Part shown: positions 7,385-15,814 of the stretch, one piece after another | How the letters are laid out: every line of letters starts with the position of its first letter | How positions within the stretch are numbered: the first letter of the stretch is position 1 | Assembly (NCBI GenBank): GCA_964035545.1 | Contig: CAXIUT010000004.1 | Coordinates: 1-47,478 of the forward strand | Direction: 5' to 3' | Length of the DNA: 47,478 bases | Source of the DNA: Bugula neritina | Taxonomy: Eukaryota > Animalia > Bryozoa | Position numbers and translations under genes: made by a program | The notes under the pieces: model-generated | Seen by the model: the letters and a program-made list of their open reading frames with translations, nothing else | Databases searched by the model: none | What the model was told of the DNA's origin: nothing

Positions 7385-8189
7385 AGCGCATTCAGACCCC
7401 CTGTATGCCGCTGACATCGCTCAACCCATAGAAATCCATGAAGAGTTATTTACAAACGATCCTGAGGCTACTCAGGCGGCGACAGACCTGCTTTACAGCT
7501 TCTGGCCCTGGAAAAATGAAACCGCACAAAAACCACCACCAGTGGAACCGTACCGAATCCCCACTCTCAACGGCGGCGTGTCTAACTACAAAAGCAAACC
7601 ACCAGCACTGGTACAGGCCCCCAACATCGACACCGATGCGGTGTATGCATACGTCCTCGCCTGTTATCCCGCCCGCAGCAAATGGAACATCAATGTAGAC
7701 CTGCGCGCCCAAATGGCCCGCTCCGCCGCACTGGGAAACAGTATCCTCAACAGCAACGGCGCGGACACCACCGAGCTTGGCAGCAACTACGTCGCCATTG
7801 TGGCCAGCATGCCGCTGTACTCCAGCAAGGAACTCAACCGCGAAAAAGAACGCGAAGCCATGCGCCGCCAAACCACCGCTACCATCGTGGCCGACTTCGT
7901 GGAAGCCATCGCCAACCGCAACCTTGCAACCCGCGAACTGGCGTTATACCGCAGCTTGGAAAGCCGCTCCGCCCTACGCGTCCAACAGGGCATTTCAGAG
8001 GCCAAAGAACAAATGGGCTACCTCGAAAAAGTCGCCACCAGCCGCCGCGACCTTACCAAGCAGGAAGCCAAAATCACCGAAACCCGCCTCAAACTTTCCG
8101 GACTGTGCGATCCGCGCAACGCCAGAACCATCAACACCTGGCTGAAAAATATTTCGGCGGTGCCACAGAAGGAAATGGCGCAGCGATGA
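7236..8189 (+). CDS. Exported protein with one TolC/OEP-like repeat (true start probably GTG 7335 or ATG 7356)
   Basis: Signal-like MALKHLAMVAVLLVPIEAHS; YP-strand, VASMPLY, long helices, RVQQGI, LKLSGL pattern; ATGA-coupled to next gene. Confidence 0.7.
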   Translation: MIQRLLMTPLTFSCGLFLFLASPSVGGKLRWLSVALKHLAMVAVLLVPIEAHSDPLYAADIAQPIEIHEELFTNDPEATQAATDLLYSFWPWKNETAQKPPPVEPYRIPTLNGGVSNYKSKPPALVQAPNIDTDAVYAYVLACYPARSKWNINVDLRAQMARSAALGNSILNSNGADTTELGSNYVAIVASMPLYSSKELNREKEREAMRRQTTATIVADFVEAIANRNLATRELALYRSLESRSALRVQQGISEAKEQMGYLEKVATSRRDLTKQEAKITETRLKLSGLCDPRNARTINTWLKNISAVPQKEMAQR

Positions 8190-8710
8190 AATGGATTAAT
8201 CATCTCGCTATTGCAGGCGCAACCACCGCCGTAATCAGCCCGGTACTGGTGCCTATTGCCCTACTTGGCTCGACCGCGCCGGACTGGCTGGAATGGATTA
8301 TAAAAGCCATTACCGGTCAGGACGTAAAACACCGGGGTGTCACGCACTACCTGTTGGTTTGGCTTATCGCGCTATTGTTCGCACTCCTACTTTGGGACTT
8401 TCACGGCCTCCTTGCCGCTTTCTGTTGGGGTGGCCTTACGCATATCTTCGCGGATTCAATGACCGTTACTGGCGTACCCTTCTCACCCTACTCTGATCGG
8501 CGCTTCCACCTGTTTGGGGGACGACTTCGCACGGGAGAAGCAGGAGAATATGCAGTCGCATGGGGTATTGTGGCGATATGCGCGGTAGCGATGCAGTTGG
8601 TGCATACCAGCAACAACTGGTATCCGTTTTTCTACGATTGGCCAGGACTGTATGAGGAAGGGCTGATTGATGGCAAAGAGTGGAAAGACAACCGGTTCAG
8701 GTTCTTCTGA
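8186..8710 (+). CDS. YdjM-like inner-membrane metal-dependent hydrolase
   Basis: N-terminal H, GSTAPD, HRGVTH, HIFADSMT..GVP motifs, several TM helices; real ATG at 8186 overlaps upstream TGA. Confidence 0.88.
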   Translation: MKWINHLAIAGATTAVISPVLVPIALLGSTAPDWLEWIIKAITGQDVKHRGVTHYLLVWLIALLFALLLWDFHGLLAAFCWGGLTHIFADSMTVTGVPFSPYSDRRFHLFGGRLRTGEAGEYAVAWGIVAICAVAMQLVHTSNNWYPFFYDWPGLYEEGLIDGKEWKDNRFRFF

Positions 8711-9081
8711 TGCGCGTATTTTTCCTGCTGATTCTCGCGCTGGCCTTATGTTCCGGCACAACTGCAAGCGCCAAATCGAAGAAGAAAGAAAAACACTACC
8801 AGGCGGAATGGTGCGCGGAAAAAGGCGAAACCGAACACGTACTCCCCGACCGTACCCGCATCGATTGCCTCACCGTAAGCCACGCCATTGAATTCGACTG
8901 GGGTAAGAAATGGCATGAAGGCATAGGCCAAAGCCTGTACTACGCGGTACAGACTGATAGGCGAGCGGGTGTGGTGTTGATCATCAAACGGCGTAAGCAC
9001 TACAAATACTGGATCCGGTTAAACAGCACGATTGAACACCATGCATTACCGATTGATACCTGGCTAATCGAAGACTACTAA
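8710..9081 (+). CDS. Exported small PD-(D/E)xK-fold nuclease-like protein
   Basis: Signal peptide MRVFFLLILALALCSGTTASA; E...RID...AIEFD...GQSLYY motif; TGATG coupling. Confidence 0.7.
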   Translation: MRVFFLLILALALCSGTTASAKSKKKEKHYQAEWCAEKGETEHVLPDRTRIDCLTVSHAIEFDWGKKWHEGIGQSLYYAVQTDRRAGVVLIIKRRKHYKYWIRLNSTIEHHALPIDTWLIEDY

Positions 9082-9467
9082 ACCGACCAGCTGGCACGAT
9101 TAGTCAGCGCGGGCAGAGCGGATCCGTTTTGCAAAACATCCCCTGCGCCTGAAAACCGCTTTTTATTATCAGGCCAGTTAACACGGCATAACACGCGTAT
9201 GCGCTTTACAACCGGTCAGTTGGCACCACCGCCACGATAGTGGCAACACTGCCGCGCAGCGACCTTTTAGGAGGGCAGGACGCCCGACAAGGCCATGAGC
9301 GTAGGGAACGCGAATGAGCCTTCTCCGGTTTTTCAGAAAAGGCCAATGTTTGGGTAGAAAAACTGACTTATTCACATGCCTCCTATTGGTAAAAGAAGGT
9401 AAAAGAAGGTAAAGGGTAAAAATCAGTGATTTTTTATCATTAAAATCATGAACTTGAAAAACCACCC

Positions 9468-9546
9468 CGGAATGCTAATACGTCAAAACGGAATGCTAAT
9501 ACGATAAAACGGAATGCTAATACGATGCAGGCGGAATGCTAATACG
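9468..9546 (+). repeat. Iterons of oriV: four copies of CGGAATGCTAATACG
   Basis: Copies start at 9468, 9489, 9510, 9532 (21/21/22-bp period); degenerate fifth copy CGGAACGTAAATACG at 9724-9738. Confidence 0.92.
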
Positions 9547-9551
9547 ATGCT

Positions 9552-9560
9552 TTATCCACA
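9552..9560 (+). promoter_or_regulatory. DnaA box of oriV
   Basis: Consensus TTATCCACA next to the iterons, followed by AT-rich DNA (about 9590-9720). Confidence 0.85.
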
Positions 9561-9754
9561 GGTAAGAGCACCTTACTGCCCCAAAAAAGTACAGAAAATA
9601 AACAGGTACTTAACCAAGGAGTATTATTTCCTTGGTTTGTCTAATTTTTAATCATTGGAATTAAATAAAATATGACCCGTCATTTACATAACAGATTGAA
9701 ATAATAAATTTTTTTATGGCAAGCGGAACGTAAATACGATGATAGCAAGCAAGA

Positions 9755-10603
9755 TCAGGGCGCTATTACCCGCTCAAAAACAATCTGTTCCTTGCCTGAC
9801 TTCCCAGTCTCAATTCTGGGGCGGCGCACGATGTGCAAACGCTTGAGTTCATCGAAAGCCGCTTTGATCGCTTCACGGAATTTACGCATGGGTGAGGTGT
9901 ACTGCATGCGCTCTTTCAGATCGTCCAGGGGGTAACGCTGGATTTTGTTATCGCTGGTTGCAATCAGACACTGTAGCCACTTCGCCATATCGACCTGTTT
10001 ACTGATCTGGAAGCGCTTTTCCCAACAGATCAGGGCAAACTCGCGATTACTAAATAGCATTTTCATCCGTGGATCGATGCGCAGCTGATACTCGCCCTCT
10101 TCCGGCAGGTAATCAAAGCTATCCAGCAAATGCATAGCGCGCGATTTGGGGTTATTACCAATCTGATAATGCTTGGTTTCAATGATCAGGCCGCCACTCC
10201 ATAACCGCTCGAAACTCTCATGTAGCATTTTATATTCCTGGCCGCTGGTCTTACGTCCGATAGAGCGCAGGAACGCCGCACGGTTAATAACGGTGGCTTC
10301 CCCTAATGGTTGTTGTTGTGCGGTATGTAGTGCCTGCATAAAAACATCGCGGTCACGCTCGTCCAGCTGTTTCCCGGTATAAAAAATACGAACATCACGA
10401 CGGCTGGCTAACTCCACGCGGTCATGTAGCTTGCGGCGACCCCGGGCAATGGGCGCAAACAAGCTGGAACGCGCCAGATGATTAGGAATAGCCCGCTCCA
10501 GGTCTTTCCATAGCGGCAGTTGCACCATCTTGGCCTGTGGTGTCTGCGCATTTTGTTTAGCCTGCTCAGCCTTCTGTTCCAGCCAGTCGGGTAGGATATT
10601 CAT
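9755..10603 (-). CDS. trfA: TrfA-family plasmid replication initiator
   Basis: QLPLW clamp-binding motif, RAIPNHLARSSLF, YTGKQLD..D.DV; adjacent iterons. Confidence 0.9.
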   Translation of the reverse strand: MNILPDWLEQKAEQAKQNAQTPQAKMVQLPLWKDLERAIPNHLARSSLFAPIARGRRKLHDRVELASRRDVRIFYTGKQLDERDRDVFMQALHTAQQQPLGEATVINRAAFLRSIGRKTSGQEYKMLHESFERLWSGGLIIETKHYQIGNNPKSRAMHLLDSFDYLPEEGEYQLRIDPRMKMLFSNREFALICWEKRFQISKQVDMAKWLQCLIATSDNKIQRYPLDDLKERMQYTSPMRKFREAIKAAFDELKRLHIVRRPRIETGKSGKEQIVFERVIAP

Positions 10604-10684
10604 GATATTTGGTATCAGTTTAGGGTATTAAATTGATATGATATTAGTATTATTTACATATCATATCATTTTAGTATTTCAGCT
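10604..10684. promoter_or_regulatory. Candidate centromere/operator repeats downstream of the par pair
   Basis: Dense GGTAT/GATAT/AGTAT repeats with palindrome TGATATGA...CATATCA; similar cluster at 11620-11670. Confidence 0.45.
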
Positions 10685-10966
10685 TCATTTAGCCTGTAAT
10701 ACCTTCTGTAGTTCCGCCTCAATATATGGCTCTATCGCATCCAGGCAAATACTCTGCATACTGCGCCGCCGCTGGTTCTCAGAAACATATTTCAGCTTCA
10801 AAAATATATCCTCCGGCAACCGCACATTAAACACCTTGTTCACATCAGGCCGCACACCCGGCGCTTCCCACGGATGCACATTCACGACCTTCTTCTCAGC
10901 ACCCGCTATAAAATCCTGTACGTCACGCTTTTGTGCCGTCTGTGCCTTCGGCTTACTACTTCTCAT
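10685..10966 (-). CDS. Small ribbon-helix-helix partition partner (ParG-like)
   Basis: DVQDFIAGA N-terminal motif, KVFNVRLPEDIFLKLK RHH; overlaps the parA 3' end. Confidence 0.8.
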   Translation of the reverse strand: MRSSKPKAQTAQKRDVQDFIAGAEKKVVNVHPWEAPGVRPDVNKVFNVRLPEDIFLKLKYVSENQRRRSMQSICLDAIEPYIEAELQKVLQAK

Positions 10967-11609
10967 TAAACACGACCTCGTAAAATTGATTCATTTCTGT
11001 TTGAGCTTTGGCATCCACCGGGCTTAATTCATGCACGCCCTGCCCTGCACTACTGGCTTTACGAAAAGCAATCCGATCCCGCACGATCACACCGGAGAAT
11101 TCCAACACCGGAAAATCCGCCAGCAGGCTTTCCGCCTCCCGCGCTTCCGACACACCTGGATTAGGCGAAGCACGGTTCAGCACTACAAACGCTTTAAGCT
11201 TCGGATTTAGCGCCTGCGCATGTTCGACCAGCTCCGCCATATTACCCAGCGTCCATACATCAAACTGGGAAGCCTGTACCGGAATAAAAATACAGTCAGC
11301 GGCTACCAACGCAGCGCGTAATTCATAACTGTCACGGCCACCGGCATCAACCACCAAATCATCAAACCGTTTAGCCAGCTCTAACAAATCGCGGGTAATG
11401 CTCTTTCCGACTTTTTGCACCGTCGTGATCGCCGGTTCAATATTCTCTTCTTCACGCAGCCCGGCCCAGGCGCTTGCGCTCTCCTGTTTATCTGTATCCA
11501 CCAACAAAACATCACGTCCACTTTGAACCCGCATTTGGGCCAAATTAGTCGCCAGCGTAGTCTTACCGGTTCCGCCTTTCTCACCACCGATCAGCACAAT
11601 CATAGTCAT
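10956..11609 (-). CDS. parA: ParA/ParF-type partition ATPase
   Basis: Deviant Walker A KGGTGKTT, LLVDTDKQ, VVDAGG; no N-terminal HTH (type Ib). Confidence 0.95.
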   Translation of the reverse strand: MTMIVLIGGEKGGTGKTTLATNLAQMRVQSGRDVLLVDTDKQESASAWAGLREEENIEPAITTVQKVGKSITRDLLELAKRFDDLVVDAGGRDSYELRAALVAADCIFIPVQASQFDVWTLGNMAELVEHAQALNPKLKAFVVLNRASPNPGVSEAREAESLLADFPVLEFSGVIVRDRIAFRKASSAGQGVHELSPVDAKAQTEMNQFYEVVFNEK

Positions 11610-11619
11610 TGCCTTTCAC

Positions 11620-11670
11620 ATAGGTATCAAAATAATACCATACCAATATAATACTAAAATAGTATCTTTT
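11620..11670. promoter_or_regulatory. Candidate parS/operator repeats upstream of parA
   Basis: GGTATC..ATACC ATACC..AATACTA..TAGTATC. Confidence 0.45.
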
Positions 11671-11794
11671 CCATGTCATAATTTAAGCAATTTCCAATGC
11701 GTCGTGAGAGGCGCACGAATGCGCTGGAAAGCGTACCGGTACACGCTGTGGTACGCATCAGGACGCCTTAGGGCAGGGCACTAATCACTTCCCC

Positions 11795-12418
11795 TTACAA
11801 CTTGTTAGCCAGCTCAATCAAGTGACTCCAATCACGCACCAAACTGTTATTAAGGCAGCTAATTAATTTCTCTTCTAACAGATGTCGATCATGCAATTGT
11901 CCGGCATCGGCCATGTTCCAGCCCGGATGATCTTTACCCAATATCCGGCCCCGGATCGCTTTGGCTACATTGATGTAATGATGCTTTTGCGCAGGCTTAC
12001 CCAGCACACGCTCCGCCGAAATATTGATAGCCTCGCTCATCGCCTTATAAGCTTCGCCGGAGTCATCCCGCGCCTGTAATATCCGGTGATTAATAAAGAT
12101 GGTGTACACCTCATCCTTGAACTCAGGGGACAAGCTCACCGCCGCATCCAGCAATATTTTCAGGTGGGCATACGTGCCACCGCCTTTACCTCTGCGACGT
12201 TCTAACGCCGGTCTACCCAACTGATCCGAAACCAATTCCACATACTCAGTCACATCCTGGCGCTGTACCCATGAGGCCAGCATCAGGGAAGGTTTACCAG
12301 ACTGCTGGCGGTAGACATTACCCAAATCAAACACATCATTGAGCTTTCCCATGTGCGAGCTGTGCCAGATACTGACAGTGCCAAATTTGAAGGGGACATG
12401 TAGCAGCGTATCGTTCAT
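11795..12418 (-). CDS. KilA-N domain DNA-binding protein
   Basis: LNDVF..., RRGKGGGTYAH..L.D.A..LSPEFK.EV motif. Confidence 0.85.
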   Translation of the reverse strand: MNDTLLHVPFKFGTVSIWHSSHMGKLNDVFDLGNVYRQQSGKPSLMLASWVQRQDVTEYVELVSDQLGRPALERRRGKGGGTYAHLKILLDAAVSLSPEFKDEVYTIFINHRILQARDDSGEAYKAMSEAINISAERVLGKPAQKHHYINVAKAIRGRILGKDHPGWNMADAGQLHDRHLLEEKLISCLNNSLVRDWSHLIELANKL

Positions 12419-12584
12419 AGCGGGGTTCCTTTAATATGCATTTCAAAATACTTGTTAAACATGTTATACACTTTAACCACATAATATATTATGATAATAT
12501 ATTTTACAAGCTTGTTGTAAGACACATTTAAAACCCGCAATACATCAGGCACGAACCCACTTTGACTGCTTAAAGAGCATTACG

Positions 12585-13853
12585 ATGATCCACCCAAATT
12601 CAGACTACTCTTCAAAATTATTAGCACTGCGTACCCGGCTCAACAGTCTCTTAGGGCGGCAATCTCAGAAAGCCGACCGCTGGTTAGCCAACATGCCTTT
12701 GTTCGTGGACACAGAAACGACCGGGCTGGACGAAAACGCCCAAATCATAGAAATCGCGTTAGTGGATGCTTCAGAATATGTCTATTTCCAAACACGCTTA
12801 AAGCCAACAGTCAGTATTAGTCCGGAGGCCAGCAACGTGCATGGCATCACCGACGCGGATCTGATCGATGCTCCCAGCTGGCCGGACGTTGCCACACAGT
12901 TAAATCAAATGATAAAAGGTCGCCAGCTGATTGCCTTTAACAGCGACTTTGACCAGCGCCTCATCATACAAACCGCGCAAGCCTTCGGTGATCAGGAATC
13001 AGTTCAGCACTGGCAAGACACCGGTAAATTTCAATGCGCCATGAAATTAGCCGCAGAGACTTACCCGGATGAAACTAACCGCTATGGCACTATCTCGCTG
13101 GACAGTGCGATCCGTTGTGCGCGTACTGACTGGCCCGGCACAGCTCATAGTGCAGTGGTGGACGCCACAGCCACGGTGCGTGTCGTCCAGGCGATTGCGA
13201 ATTTCCATAAGCCATTACAAACCGAAATAAACCAAATCACCGCTTTTTCCCAATTCCCCGATTACTTATCTGAAGAAGAGCAAACACTGGCTAAATACCT
13301 GCTCAACAAAGTGTATCAACCGCTAGCGATCGCCAATGTAGCAACATGGGCCGAAACTAAGGGTGGTAAAGGTAAATTCATGGATGTGCTCGCCTGGCTG
13401 AGTTATGAATACAGCCAGCTAGAGGATGACGATGAAAGCGGAATCAAGATGACAAAATACTGGGTCGATAGGTGGCTAGATGGCAGCCTGATGGCAAGCT
13501 GTCCCAGCTCTGTCCTGGGGTGCGAAGATGAATATGAGCTAATTTTCCCGCCGGGCACTTCCATGCAACAACAATGGCTGGCACTACACCGGCTGCAAGA
13601 CATTATCATCATAGATTTAGTCATCAACAATCAAACACTCTTAGATGCCTGGGCTTTGCGCCTACATCAGGCTGGCGATGAAGCAGATACCATGGCTATT
13701 CTTGCCAACATTTGCGATCAATTCCCAATGGAAGGGTGGAAGTATCCAACAACAGACCTCGCTAATTTCGAACTCCCCATTGGCGACTGTCTACCTATTC
13801 TCGAAGATGCCAGGCAATGGCGACAGCACCACGCTAAACGAAGGCCTATGTGA
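12585..13853 (+). CDS. DEDDh (DnaQ-like) 3'-5' exonuclease with unknown C-terminal domain
   Basis: DTETTG, AFNSDFD, AHSAVVDA. Confidence 0.88.
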   Translation: MIHPNSDYSSKLLALRTRLNSLLGRQSQKADRWLANMPLFVDTETTGLDENAQIIEIALVDASEYVYFQTRLKPTVSISPEASNVHGITDADLIDAPSWPDVATQLNQMIKGRQLIAFNSDFDQRLIIQTAQAFGDQESVQHWQDTGKFQCAMKLAAETYPDETNRYGTISLDSAIRCARTDWPGTAHSAVVDATATVRVVQAIANFHKPLQTEINQITAFSQFPDYLSEEEQTLAKYLLNKVYQPLAIANVATWAETKGGKGKFMDVLAWLSYEYSQLEDDDESGIKMTKYWVDRWLDGSLMASCPSSVLGCEDEYELIFPPGTSMQQQWLALHRLQDIIIIDLVINNQTLLDAWALRLHQAGDEADTMAILANICDQFPMEGWKYPTTDLANFELPIGDCLPILEDARQWRQHHAKRRPM

Positions 13854-13866
13854 ATTGGATATAAAA

Positions 13867-14163
13867 CTATCCCTTAGCTGTGCGCTCAATACGCCAGTCC
13901 CACACCTTGTCCATCAGCTTTTTATTCGCCAGCGCCTCAATCGCATACTGCCGCGCATCCTGGCTGATCCGATTACCGCCCGGCACATTCACTCCCAACT
14001 TTTCATGCAGCGTTTCCTCAAACCACGCCCGCACCAATGAATGTGCTTCCGACGCGTCGGGTAACGCGCCCAACTTCACCGCCAATAATTCGGATATAAT
14101 TCTATCCACTGTTATGGTGGTGCGGCGGTTTTTGAAGTTGATGTGATAGCGGTCTTGTTGCAT
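13867..14163 (-). CDS. Hypothetical protein, possible RHH-type DNA-binding protein
   Basis: RYHINFKNRRTTITVD beta-hairpin followed by helices. Confidence 0.55.
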   Translation of the reverse strand: MQQDRYHINFKNRRTTITVDRIISELLAVKLGALPDASEAHSLVRAWFEETLHEKLGVNVPGGNRISQDARQYAIEALANKKLMDKVWDWRIERTAKG

Positions 14164-14409
14164 GGGGTCGGCCTTCTACAGTTTAATGGATATTATTATA
14201 TCCTATAGAACTGCAGTCGTCGCGCTTTCGGTAGATTGTCGGACAATCAGGGTAGGGTGAGTGTCCGGTGAAATTCATCCTTAAAGCCAAACGTTTGCAA
14301 CCTGCAGATTCGGTTTGATTGCATTTATATATGTCCATAAAAAAGCACTTAGGGTTTAAATCAAAAAGCAGACATCGCACCACTGAATAGTGGGCCAACG
14401 TAAAATTAC

Positions 14410-14441
14410 TTGACCCTAGAGTAACTACCAGGGTTTAAGCT
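14410..14441 (+). promoter_or_regulatory. MerR-type promoter (20-bp spacer)
   Basis: TTGACC-20-TAAGCT with dyad ACCCT...AGGGT. Confidence 0.8.
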
Positions 14442-14444
14442 TTA

Positions 14445-15054
14445 ATGATGACACTTATTTTATTTTTGACATTTATAGGTACTGCTGTGCTGGGACGCAT
14501 GTTTTTTCAGTACCGACTAACCGGTGATCACGGTATACGCCCAGCAGGAAAAGACTCCCCTCCGCTTCAAATAGCCGCCAGCGTACTGCTGGTGCTATCT
14601 GCTTTATTGATTTTATTCTATACGCTTGGGCAGGCACTCGGCTATCTGCATGCTAATTTTGAGCCAAGCTATTTCCAGCGCTTCGGCGGCTATCTCTTGT
14701 ACATTGTGGGCCTCGTACTGGTTCTGGTCGCGCAGTACCTGGCGCATTGGGGTTGATCCTGATGAAAAAACGGAGTTAATTACACAGGGGTTATTCAGGC
14801 ACATCAGAAACCCCATTTATACCGGGCTGTTTATTGGCGGTATTGGATTGTTACTGATTAGCCCTTCATTCATTTTGTGCATTGGCTTGTTGCTGGGCTA
14901 TATCGCGGTGGAATTGTTTGTTAGGAAAGTGGAAGAGCCTTATTTGCAGGAACAGTTTGGATCAGAATATTCATCTTGGTTGCATTCAACACCTCGCTAT
15001 TTCCCCAAACTCTATTCACGCAAAAGTTCATCCAAAGCAGGACAATCATTATGA
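14445..15054 (+). pseudogene. Frameshifted isoprenylcysteine-carboxyl-methyltransferase (Ste14/PEMT) family gene
   Basis: Paralog of 32501..33091; 14 nt missing near 14738 (QMGSA codons) splits it into ORFs 14445..14756 and ..15054. Confidence 0.85.
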
Positions 15055-15401
15055 TTTCCCTGTTCACACGCTGTAGACAATTGGGTTAGTGCTTTTTTTA
15101 TATGCTTAATCTCTTTGAGTTTTTTATTAAGTGCGACAATTTGTTTATTCACCATCTCATGAACTTTATCGCAGGAATCATCTTTAATATCTATCAGCTG
15201 CACCAATTCAAATATTTCATTCTGTGAAAAACCTAATGAACGCGCCCGACGCACCAGCCGCAAATACTGCAAGTGCCTATCTGAATAATCCCTATAGCCA
15301 TTAGGTTTACGCGCTGACACAGGAATCAATCCTACTTTTTCATAGTACCGCACAGTTTCAATGTGGCAGCCTACCGCCTGGGCGAGTTCTCCGATTCTCA
15401 T
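15012..15401 (-). CDS. MerR-family metal-responsive regulator (three-Cys, Hg/Cd/Pb-type)
   Basis: MRIGELA..ETVRYYE..GYR; Cys in DDSCDKV and ACEQGNHNDCP. Confidence 0.92.
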   Translation of the reverse strand: MRIGELAQAVGCHIETVRYYEKVGLIPVSARKPNGYRDYSDRHLQYLRLVRRARSLGFSQNEIFELVQLIDIKDDSCDKVHEMVNKQIVALNKKLKEIKHIKKALTQLSTACEQGNHNDCPALDELLRE

Positions 15402-15402
15402 A

Positions 15403-15433
15403 TTGACCTCATAGCAACTATGAGGTTTAACAT
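15403..15433 (+). promoter_or_regulatory. MerR-type promoter/operator (19-bp spacer)
   Basis: TTGACC-19-TAACAT with perfect dyad ACCTCATAG-CAA-CTATGAGGT, divergent from the regulator. Confidence 0.9.
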
Positions 15434-15520
15434 AACAGATGTTGGAAACATGACAACGTTGATTCTACAACAAAGCCTCGTATTTTCTCCAAAACGACGG
15501 CTTTTACCGGAGTAAATAAA

Positions 15521-15814
15521 ATGCGCAACTCGAAACTCAAACTCACCTTAACCGCAGTCGTTCTGGTGGGTAGTGCCGCCCTCTTCTCAGCCTTTGCCTA
15601 TGGGGAAGGTGCCGACATGATGGCCGACCATTCTGAACGCAATGGCATGATGTCCTCACACGATATGAAGGATATGGGTGGCATGATGGGTATGATGAAA
15701 GACATGATGTCTGATATGTCCCCTGAAGACCGTAAGGCCATGACCAAGGCGTGTATGAAAATGATGCGAAGGCATAGTGGCATGAAAGATAACACAACAG
15801 ACGACAATGAATAA
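15521..15814 (+). CDS. Small exported Met-rich protein
   Basis: Signal peptide, RBS GGAG; MMSSHDMKDMGGMMGMMKDMM. Confidence 0.8.
   Translation: MRNSKLKLTLTAVVLVGSAALFSAFAYGEGADMMADHSERNGMMSSHDMKDMGGMMGMMKDMMSDMSPEDRKAMTKACMKMMRRHSGMKDNTTDDNE

Noticed and set aside
7682-8185. 168-aa Arg/Pro-rich N-terminal extension of the hydrolase ORF
   Set aside because: Shadow frame of the upstream gene; the real start is the coupled ATG at 8186
9468-9546. Mini-CRISPR
   Set aside because: 6-7 nt spacers, two-helical-turn period, adjacent DnaA box and rep gene indicate iterons
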